The translations under genes and the position numbers were made by a program. From positions 20,584,001-20,648,000 of the forward strand of contig NC_043009.1 of NCBI RefSeq assembly GCF_006345805.1: a DNA stretch of 64,000 bases, in the 5' to 3' direction. Source of the stretch: Octopus sinensis (taxonomy: Eukaryota). This document shows, piece by piece, positions 40,736 through 51,500 of the stretch (its first letter is position 1; each line of letters begins with the position of its first letter). A model generated the notes under the pieces. The model made no database searches and was not told where the DNA came from. It worked only from the letters and a program-made list of their open reading frames with translations.

Positions 40736-41292
40736 GCCGATTCAGTATTTACATTTTTTACGGAAATCGACGGAAACGTGTGCTACGACAAGCGAAACAT
40801 CGCCCCTATATCCAAGTAGCAGAAAGATCGCCCAAAAGTGTATATAGATATTTAAATGTATTTATATATTCATCTATACACAGATGTATGTATAATGTGT
40901 GTGTATATATTTCCATACACGTAACCATTCACTCCGCACAAATTTTTTTAGGACGAAAATAAGATCTAAAGTTATCTCTAAGTAGCACAGAGATCGTCCA
41001 AAAGTGTATATAGATATATAAATGTATTTATATATTCATCTATGCACACATGTATGTATAACGTGTGTGTATATATTTCCATAGAGGTAACCATTCACTC
41101 CATACAAAGTTTTTTAGCACGAAAATAAGATCTAAAGTTATCTCTAAGAAACAGAAAGATCGCCCAAAAGTGTATATAGATATTTAAATGTATTTATATA
41201 TTCATCTATACACACATGTATGTATAATGTGCGTGTATATATTTCCATAGAGGTAACCATTCAATCCATACAAAGTTTTTTAGGACGAAAAT
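40242..41292 (+). mobile_element. Helitron-like non-autonomous segment with a 51-bp inverted repeat and a 166-bp tandem repeat
   Basis: Helitron-like start aatatataaataaaa; inverted repeat 40378-40428 / 40754-40804; units anchored at 40826, 40992 and 41158. Confidence 0.55.
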
Positions 41293-41293
41293 A

Positions 41294-42137
41294 TTTATAT
41301 ATAAAAGAAAGGTTGTGTGTCTGTCTACTCCGATTTAGATTCCTAACTACTCCCACATTTTGCGATGCAGTTTAACCAAAACCGGGTATCTTATAGTCGT
41401 GATTCATATCGAGCCCTTCTGGTATTAGCGCGCGTCTACGATGAGTCTATGATTTTACAAATAATTTACCATCATTTTTTTCCATTTTAATGCATATTTT
41501 TTAAAATAAACGGAAGTAACTCTCAAACTTCACACCAATATGCGTGCTCATATGCGACGTAATATCACATCAGCAGCATTTCCTCACACCCTCCTTGCAC
41601 TTGGCGAAGGCAAAATACCAGGGGATGAAAATGGTAATATTGCCATCGATTCCATTTGTACCATTGTTAAGACGCCTTCTGATCTCAGAGATGCAGTGTT
41701 CCCAGATCTACAAGCTAATTATCAGAATATGGATTGGATTGGCAAAAAGGCTATACTGGCCCCGAGGAATAAAACTGTTCACCATATTAATGATGAAATG
41801 CTAAAACTCATTCCTGGGGAAGTCTATGTATATCAGTCTATCGATACAACTCCTGACCCAGAGGACGTCATCAACTATCCAATAGAGGTACTCAATTCCT
41901 TTGAGCACCCCGGACTACCACCACACTTTCTCAAACTTAAAGTTGGTGCCCCTATAATGCTCATCAGAAATTTGGTTCCCCCAAAACAATGCAATGGCAC
42001 ACGTTTGATCGTTAAGTCCTTATCTCCCACCGTAAGCTTATATCAATATTTGCCTGAATAATCATCATAATTCAGTGCAATCATTAACAGTACTTTCAAG
42101 CAATTCAGCCCCGAGCAACGCCGGGCAATTCTGCTAG
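41294..42137 (+). mobile_element. Internally deleted Helitron
   Basis: 5' T(T/C)tatatataaaag after an A; 3' GC hairpin gcccc..gggc (42108-42126) followed by CTAG (42134-37) and T; contains a PIF1 fragment. Confidence 0.9.
41540..42061 (+). pseudogene. Helitron PIF1-type helicase fragment
   Basis: AILAPRNKTVHHIN, YPIEVLNS...GLPPHFLKLKVGAPIMLIRNL...CNGTRL. Confidence 0.92.
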
Positions 42138-42150
42138 TTATTATTATTAT

Positions 42151-42631
42151 TGAGTGAGAGAGCAGTGCATGTCATCAAAGTGATACTGGGGTAAAATGCA
42201 CAAAGCCCAGTATTACACATCATGACTACCCATCTGATAAGGGTACACTAGGCACATGCATCACAACCATATGTGCGTGACTTGGTCATCTCATATTAAG
42301 ATTAACAGCTCATGACCTTGCAGATGGGGCCCAGTTAGAATTTTCTTCAAAAGGTCCCTGAATAGGGGTTGTTTAAGGATGTTGAACAAAACACCCATGT
42401 TTCCAAAGGTGAATTATCCAAAACCCAAAGAATTCCTCTCAGCACATGGCTATGTTGCTCCCCAACTATTTCTGCTCGTGATCAGAGATGCACAAGCAAA
42501 TCTCATGGTACTGAGCAGAATATTTACTGTAGCCCATCTTTTATACCAAGACAAAACAATGTACATAATAACACTTCCAATCAGTAAAGATCAGAAGCCA
42601 TGAGAGCCACTGCCTGGTACTGCATCATGGC
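42151..42631. mobile_element. Interspersed ~480-bp repeat; inverted copy at 62440-62918
   Basis: Direct homology between the two copies (gagagcagtgcat.....catcaaagtga.actgggg; aaaaggtccctgaataagg). Confidence 0.8.
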
Positions 42632-42640
42632 AAATTATTA

Positions 42641-42671
42641 TTATTATTATCATTATTATTATTATTATTAT

Positions 42672-42722
<51 letters not shown>

Positions 42723-42760
42723 CAGCAGCAGCAGTAGTAGTAGTAGCAGTAGTAGTAGTT
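42641..42760. repeat. (TTA)n(TAG)n(CAG) compound microsatellite
   Basis: Direct reading. Confidence 0.95.
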
Positions 42761-44039
42761 AATAAATTGTGTGATAATGAAATATGTATATTGTTTTAAA
42801 ATTACAAAGCAGATAAGAAGTCTCTTTGAGAATTTTGAAGGCCACCCCACCATTTTTATATACAAAATCCAGAGCATTTATCACATCATAGTAACATTAA
42901 TTAACTTTACATTATGGCAGTCATTAATACATTCAGAATATTTTATGAGGATTAATTTGACGCTTTTCATTGGCTTTAACAATATAATGTTGACTTTTAT
43001 CTCCAGAATTAGATCCTGCAACACTAAATATATACAGTGGGATTGTTCTGTGCTTATCCTGTCATATTTTTAGAAGTCTTATTAAGACTGCTGTTGCTGC
43101 TCTGTCAAAAACCACTGTTCTTCTATTTTGTTCTAAAATAACTTACAAAGGTGGGAGACTCCAAGTGGACATTTTGAGCTGCAAGAAGAAGCAGCTAAAT
43201 CTACCTCAAATTACATCCAACTGTATTAAAATAAAAGAACACACACATTGGATAATGTAACCATAGATAAGCTATTCAAGAATCTTATGTTGGATGGTCA
43301 TGGTTGAACTGCCTTTGATCAAAGCCAGCCACAGGCTAAATAGCAACATCATATTTAACAGCTAATATGATAACAAAAATGGTATTTCTCGGTTAGTGCA
43401 TGATATTGTGATTGGTAATTAGTATATGCTAACTAAACTTAATAATTGCTAAACTACAATATTAATGTTGGAAAAGGAGGGGAAATTAATTGTAAGTTCA
43501 GTGATACGTTTTGGAGAAAGACTCATTAAAATCTGGAATAATTAAGGAAAGTATGTTTATTTATCAGCTGAGATGATCTTGCTGAAGAAGAGATCAACCT
43601 ATTTTTAGTAATTACACAGGATAATATGTTCTCAGTCCAAGTGGCAGATTAATAAGATCCTGCAACCAGACTGTAACAGACACACCAACAGATAGACATA
43701 ATAATCTGTCTCTTCTCTATCTTCTTCTTGTAATTGAAGTAGCTGTGGACTGATAACGACCCTCTTGAGGCAGAAATCTAAATCTGTTGACTTGAATTGC
43801 TGTAATTGAATGATAAATCTATACCATAACAATGTATTATGTAATACTTACATATCAATACTAATACTAATGTTAGATAATATTTATATATTACTGTTAA
43901 TAGTAGTATTGTATTATATATTTAAGTATTAGAAAATAGTTAAGAATTATTAATAAACACAGTTTTCATATAGTATTATTATCAAATGGTTTACTTATGT
44001 TGTTCTAATTGATACTGTTATCTAATCATAATTATAATC

Positions 44040-44490
44040 CTCATCATTTAACATGTGTTTTCCATGCTGGCATGGGTTGGACAGTTTGACAGGAGCTGAC
44101 CAGCTGAAGAGCTGCTTAGGCTCCAGTTGTCTGTTTTGGCATCGTTTCTGCAGTTGGATGCCCTTCCAAATGCCAACCACCTTGCAGAGTGTACTGGATG
44201 CTATTATACGAGTACCAGCACAGGTGTTTTTACAGAGCACTGGTATGAGTGCTTTTCACATGGCACCAGCACCCACAGGCCTTCAAGATTAGGAGAGGGT
44301 TGCAGGGGACATGTCTGTATGCAAGGACAACCATGATTTCACTTAGCTTGATGTGTCTTTTCAAGCATAGCAAACCACCTGGAGTCTTGGTCCCCTGTCA
44401 TCCCCTCTGTGAGATGCAACATCTGAAGATCCTTTCTCACCACTTCATCCCTCATCTTTCTGGGTCTACCCCATCCACATGTTCTCTCCA
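44040..44490 (-). mobile_element. RTE 3' tail copy
   Basis: Same tail family as 7070-7385. Confidence 0.75.
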
Positions 44491-46684
44491 CAATTAGAGA
44501 TTGGCTTCATTCTTGGAATAATATGCACCAATCAACCAATATTTCATATACATAAGCAAGGTGAGGTAGGAGCTGTTTCTTCAAAGCATCAAAAGTTTTT
44601 AAATACTAACAAGCTGAGGAAAAGACAGCATTAGTTCAATGAGTAATAATATTTTAATCATTTTTACATATGAGAGACAATTTCCAGTATGTTTCTGCAT
44701 TATCAAAGCTACTCAGTGAAACCTAGTCTTCACAGTATTTTGTTCAAGATGTTGTGATGAAGAAATCACTGTCTAAGATACACAGAATTAAAACCTGAAG
44801 ATATTTCAATGTTAAACACTAAGCTTAATTAATCAGACCTAATGTTCTCCTCCCATTGTCTCATTAATTATATCTCATCTGTATTAAATATGTTCATCTC
44901 TTCCTAATTATCAATACTGCAGATAGTGTCATTGAATAATTAACTACAAAACGTTTTGTCCACATCACTTGAGTGTTTTTAGTTGTTTTCACACACACAC
45001 ACACACACACAGCTGTAAGGTTTTAGTGCATTATATATTTGAAAACAACAATTTACAATTGAATTGAAAAATAAAAACAAGTCCACTGAGAATTGAACTG
45101 TTCACCTCTTGGTTATTGGGTAATTCCAAAATGTAACCTTGAAATACACCTTACATTGTCTTATCTAGAATTTATCAACATTTTAGATCTGTAGAGTTAG
45201 AGTTGCTTCACTAATGTTGACTGCAGCCAGGAATCTCATCTCCATTTGACATAAAGACGTAGATTAAAGTTTGTCTGTGGCAGATGTGCAGGAACAGTAA
45301 ATACTAAGAGCATGTGGGAAACAAATTTTCTCAAATACTCAGGAGGATTTCTGGAGGTAGCTAATGGCTTCTGTTACCTCAGTGCCCGAATTAGCAATGA
45401 AGGAGGATGTTCTGAAATTATAGTTGCTAGTTGCTAGAATAAGAAGAGGCTGGAAAGAGTTCAGAGAGGTTTTTACCTCTGTTAGTAAAAAAAAAAATGG
45501 TTTCTCTCTCAGAATGAAAGGCAAATTGTATGATGCTTGTGTATGAACAGCAATGCTATGTCATGGTGAGATGTGGACCCTGAATGCAGGGGACTTGTGA
45601 AAACTAGAAAGCGAAAAAGCTAAAATGCTCTGTTGATTGTGCAATGTCAGTGTGCATGAACAACAATGTGCAAATGTGAAGACACTTGCCAAGGTGCTAC
45701 ACAGTAGGACTGAACCTGGAACCATTGTATTGGGAAGCAAGTGTTTTCCCACACAGTCACACTTGCACCTGGTAATAAGCTTCTAATCTGACCAGAATTA
45801 TTTTGTGTTTTGTTGTGTTTATGTGCAGAAAATGGTGAACTTAGTGGAGTGGGTTGCAATGTGGGCAGTAAATATAGCAGTTTTCTTCACAGGAATCCTG
45901 CTCACAGAAGCATCGGAGTTGTAAAATGGAGAAAAAGAAGATTCCAAAAATAAATAGAAATCCTTTTGACAAAAAAACCAAAGAAAATAAAAGAGAAAGG
46001 ATTGGTTGCAGAAGTGAGAGGGGTTTGTGTGTTGTGTGATGCATGGTGACTCCTTCTTGGTTCGGATAATAATGAAGTATGGAGTAAGAATCATCCAGTT
46101 TGAACTGTTCTTGACATAATTCAAGTCTTGAGTACATTGCAACACTTGATCCATATTTATCCAACACACACACACATATTATTGACCATATTTGAGAATG
46201 GTCATTGGACTGACAAACAATATTCTCTGACCATCAAGCTGTCGGCTCTTCCTCCCCACCCTAATCCTCCTCTTCCTATTCCCCACTGTCTGTTACTCCT
46301 GAATGTATTCGATGTCCACCACTTTCCTCCCTATTCCCTACGTCCCTTGGAACCCCAACTGACTTTACTTCTTCAACAATAAACTGGATGAAATCAAACT
46401 GAATATTAAGATCTTCATCTGAATTTGGTCTCGTCTCATTTGAGGAAACAAACACACTCAAGCTCTCTTCGCAGAAAAATCTTTTTCAAAGAAATACAAA
46501 CCACATTTATTTTCGTTTTTATAAGAGATGTGAAGATGTTTTGATTTTTATTTAAAATATTAACAAATTAATGTTCAATTTTTATTTATTAATGAAGTTG
46601 TTGCTCAATTTTCAGATTTTAATTTTCATTTTTTACCAATATTTTCCCCTTCAATATTTAAACTATAGCCTTACTGGAATAACT

Positions 46685-46729
<45 letters not shown>

Positions 46730-46741
46730 TATTATTATTAC

Positions 46742-46784
<43 letters not shown>

Positions 46785-48186
46785 AAGAAATAATTTATTA
46801 GAGACAACATTGCAAAGTGTAGACATTAGTGAAATTGTAAGAATTGTCCACTGTTCTCTGACCATCAAGCTGTCGGCTCCTCCTCCCCACCCTAATCATC
46901 TTCCGTCATTTTAACAAGAGACCATAAAACAAATCTTGTAACTTGAATTTTCCTAGAGTTATGTAAACTAGAGATAAATAGAACACCAAGAGGAGAGGAG
47001 GATTGGGTATTAGCTGTTGATGGTAGTTTTTTTTTTAATTTGTAAGAAATTAAACTGACTACTTGGAAACTACCAAAGTACTTGTGAATATCGTAGTACT
47101 CCCACTAATTATAGTTCTGTCACTGATTATAGCAATGATCTACCTGCCTTTGATTTAGACAGAGTATATTTAGAATTAGATTAACAAATGTGTCTGTCCT
47201 TTCCTGTTTAAGACAGCAATATGTGATTTGAGGGAGATTTGATTGATATTTTTAACAATTTGAGTGACCATATGAAAGCTCCTACATTGGTTGGTTTATA
47301 GCAAAAACTTATATCAGCTGTGATACCTGCTTAAGCCTAGGTGGATTTATCCATCAAAATTATAGATACAACAAAATATCAAAAACAGATGAAATGGTAT
47401 TCTTATTGTCTCAGACCTCAACAAACTCCAACGACAATTGTTGAACAACAGATTACAAAACTAACACTGGTATGTCTTTATTCAATGGCTTATACTGAAG
47501 ACATCATTTTAACAAGATTAGCATCACTTTTGTTCTAACTCTGACAGTGGTCTTAAAGATCTTCCTTCCATTTCAGTGACCAAAAGCAATTAAGATTATA
47601 AATAGATTCATTGAAATTTACTGAATAAAAAGAATGCATGCACAAAGCCAAGAGATTGACAGAGTTTGTAGTGAGTTCTGCTCTACAATCATTTCCAGAT
47701 AACATTCACATACATTCTGGTAATTTCTTTCTGTTTTGAACTTCACTGACAAAAACAGTACAGATGTTGAATAAAATGGTTTGTCATGAAAAAGATGAGA
47801 AAAAAATATCCATTTCAATTGGAACCCTTTATAGGAGGAATATAGTTTCTGAGGATATGTATTAGCTGTCTGTAGAGTAGAGTCCTGCCTGAAATGTTAG
47901 AAATTTCCTCTTCCACACAGCAAATCAATTTATTCCATTTTAAAACTGTTTATACTCACTAATTCTTGACACAAACCATCATCCCTAGTTTCTTAGACAT
48001 TGACAAGGAAATTCTGTAGATATGATCATGTGATCTTAGTTATTGTACTTGAAATTTTTGTTGATTTCTGAAATTTGTTCAATATTATAAATTACAAAAC
48101 AATATTTTTTATTCTTTTAAGATCACTCTGAAATATAGCTTATAAATTAAAGCGTATTTAGAATAATCATTTTTATTGTTCAACAG

Positions 48187-48276
48187 AAATGGATTGAAAT
48201 ATCTACTAAAAAGTCCAAGAAACCCCCTCACTGTGAGTTATGTCACTATGAATTTCACAGACACAAACGTTTTAAG
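48187..48276 (+). CDS. Internal exon of a MARCH-family (RING-CH/RINGv) E3 ubiquitin ligase gene
   Basis: Acceptor tttttattgttcaacag, donor gtaaga, 90 nt, phase 0/0. Translation KWIEISTKKSKKPPHCELCHYEFHRHKRFK has the W...CELC.Y.F pattern that closes RING-CH domains. No other exon was identified, so the paralog is not assigned. Confidence 0.82.
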
Positions 48277-48949
48277 GTAAGACCTACTTTCTTGATATTT
48301 CTTCACTCAAGACTTGTTTTTTCAGTCTGTGTTTGACTGCTGTTAATCAAGGGATTTGGTTTGAAATCCTGTTTTGAAGTTCAGACAGTTTTTTTTTTTC
48401 TTTTTTTATGCAAGAGTGAAATCAACCATTTAAAACATTCATTGTTATATTCATTGGAATTGCATCACAGTTTGATGTAAGTTTCATATTCTGTTGTAGA
48501 GTCTCTTGTTGTACATCTCTGGACTCTTGGTCCCTAATGCTGTATTACAGCATTGATGTGTATGGCACAGGGAAAACATACCCTGTCACACCTTAACTCT
48601 TACCTATCAGACACAGCATCATTAAACTTGCAATATGGCAGAGGAACCCTTAAAGGAGCCCTTGCAATAGGAGCCCTTAATGAAATGCAGACATGTTAAT
48701 GAACGAGCTACTTCTATGTTATCTTGTCGGTTCTTATAGGGATCACTGTAGGGAATCAAATACTCAATTGCTTTAAAATGAGATGATAATAGTAGTAGCA
48801 GAGGCAACAGCAGCAGCAGTAGTAATAGTAGTAGTAGTAGTTTTACACAGTAGTGGTATGGCTATGGTAATTGCTGTTGTTCATCCATGATCATGGACCT
48901 GTAACATGCATATTGTCAATCTGTTAGATGTTCCATTTTGACCAAACAT

Positions 48950-49320
48950 CTCCTCAATTGACAACAAACATTACAAAAGTAATGTTTCTGTATTGAGTGC
49001 AGTCTAAGGATCTTAGATTTTATCCACAGTCCAGTCTGTTGCAAGGTTCCTGGTGGTTTCAGTAGAGGTGGGCAAAGGCGGACTCTGTCAGAAAGAGGAA
49101 TGGGATATTGGCTTGTCGGTGGTGTTGATGTCAGTCAGAGAATGTGAGGGCTGGAGTTTGCTGTGTCCCTTGCTTGTCCAGTGATGTGGAAGGTGCTTTT
49201 TGAATATTTTTGTTTCATTGACTGTGGTGTGTGAAGTGTTGTGTCCCTGCTCAATGGATGTGACTTTGTTGTGATTTAAGAAGGCAAAACCAGGCAAGAC
49301 TGGACAGTCTGTTGATTGTA
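48950..49320 (-). mobile_element. Possible very old GIY-YIG (PLE) remnant
   Basis: Only fragments such as HITGQARD and LTDINTTDKPISH. Confidence 0.3.
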
Positions 49321-50377
49321 CATTAATTTTGTGGTTTCACTTTATCGGCCACATGGGCCAAGTATCAATGTTATTGCTCTTTCTGCATTTAATAATAATG
49401 ATGATAATGAAGTTACTGTGTACAGTGTTCAGGTGCATTACAATTCATCAAAGGTGCACATACAGTCCATAGGATTATGTGCAAAAGTCAGGAAAGGGAA
49501 CAGTGTATGAGTCATGATAGACATGTGTGCATACGTATAGAGGGGAAGGGGATATCAGGTGTGGTGTTGGCGAGTTTCAGGAAGCACGGGGGTTTTAAAG
49601 GATGCAATGTCTCGGCAACTGATACAGGTTGTTTGTTCCATGCTTCAGCAATTCTAAGTGTGAAGAAATGTTACCGAAAGTCACGGGAACTGTTTTCTGA
49701 CTTTGTAGACATGTCCACGTTCATGTGTTTCTCTCTGTTTGTTGTTGTTGTTTAGTTCCAAGTCAGCCTTGATCGCGAGAACCTCTCATCAAAGACATTC
49801 ATGCCTTCACTACCCTGTATTCTCTATGCCCAACTACATTGGGACATCCTTTAAGATAGCCAAGTGGGATCTGATGGAGATTTGGCTGTTATTTCTATAA
49901 GGTTCAGTGATCATATCAAGGTTCCCCTTTTAGCTTGTTGTCAGTATTGTTGTTGACATATTAAACTTAATTCTTTAGTGTGTGTGAGAGAGAGAGAGAG
50001 AAAGAAAGAGAGAGTGTATGTGTGTGTTCTCTATTGTGGCTAATAAGAAGGTAGGTGATGGGTTTGATAGGTGTTATTTTGTTTGGAGTAGAATGTCTGA
50101 TTTAGAATTGGGGAAATTTTGCAACTGTGTCAGTTTTAAATATTCTTAAAATATATTTGTTGAGCATTATTTTTTATTTGGCATGTGAAACTTTTGTATT
50201 TTCGTTTTTGGCTGTGAATGTATTTTAAAGGATACTTTTAAAAACAAATTACTTTAACATCCATATTTTGTTGTATTCATCATTTAAATATATTTTGTAA
50301 GAAGCAAAACTCCTTCAAGCTTACAATATTTCATAAGAAATACACATATTTATAAAATATAATGTGCTTATAAGATA

Positions 50378-50428
<51 letters not shown>

Positions 50429-50429
50429 A

Positions 50430-50763
50430 GAGATTGGTTACTGGCACTTGTGCCAGTGGCACATGAAAAGACATTCGAGCGAGGTCATTGCCAGTGCCGC
50501 TGGACTGGCGCCTGTGCAGGTGGCACATAAAAAACACCATTTGAGCGTGGCCATTGCCAGTATCGCCTGACTGGCCCTTGTGCAGGTGGCACATAAGAGC
50601 ACCCACTATACTCCTGGAGTGGTTGGCATTAGGAAGGGCATCCAGCTGTAAAAACTCTTCCAAATCAAGATTGAGGCCTGGTGCAGCCATTTGGTTCGCC
50701 AGTCCTCAGTCAAATCGTCCAACCCATGGAAAGTGAATGTTAAACGATGATGATGATGATGAT
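50430..50763 (+). mobile_element. RTE 3' tail copy (others at 31290-31595, 33705-33900, 51588-51868, 63272-63600)
   Basis: Shared gtggcac.taaaa.gcacc modules and (GAT)n end. Confidence 0.78.
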
Positions 50764-51464
50764 ATATATATATATATTCAGTAAAAGCAATTAAGATTCA
50801 AGTGAGTTCTATTGAATTCACATGAATGCGGTACTTAACTTAGATGCACCAGAAATCTATATGGTATTAACCATAAAATAATGTGGGGTGATTATAAACA
50901 AGAAAAAGCAACAAGAATGGATTAGTTTTTCAGTACAATTGTTTCATACGAAGAACAGCTTTATTAAAAGCTGCAAATATTGCAGCAAATACAAGTGTCC
51001 CGTACTCATCAACCAAAACACATATGAGTTCTCCAAGCATCCTAGGGGGGTGAGGCTACGCTCATGAAGTATCGAAGATAGTTCTATAAAAAGCAAATTT
51101 AGATTGTAAGCAGACTTCCAAAGTTCTCTAATGATGCACAGTCTTATAACAGGCTTTTAAAAAGCCTGTTAGCTTCACAGAAAAGGTAAATCTATCCATA
51201 ATGTAGGTGCAATTACCGGATATATGAGGAGATATTTCATACTCACAGACGATGAATCCATCCATGATTAATCCATAATAAGGTGGGTATAATTTTCTGA
51301 TATATGATAAGATACTTGTCACACTTCTGTTCATTTCACAAAACTGCTATGTTAGAATTTCTAAAGGCTGAAGGAATTTTGTGGAGCAAAGAAAAATTGC
51401 CCACATAGAGCATTCTGGGATAACTGAAAGGAAAGGGGTTGCAGGTACCCACCTACACAGAAAG

Positions 51465-51500
<36 letters not shown>

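Noticed and set aside
43007-43150. Open hydrophobic frame with AG/GT ends
   Set aside because: Weak donor, 3' part overlaps a repeat, no recognisable motif.
47415-47469. 55-nt candidate exon (cag...gtatgt)
   Set aside because: Lacks the H..C ligands that must precede the KW exon, and would interrupt the RING domain.
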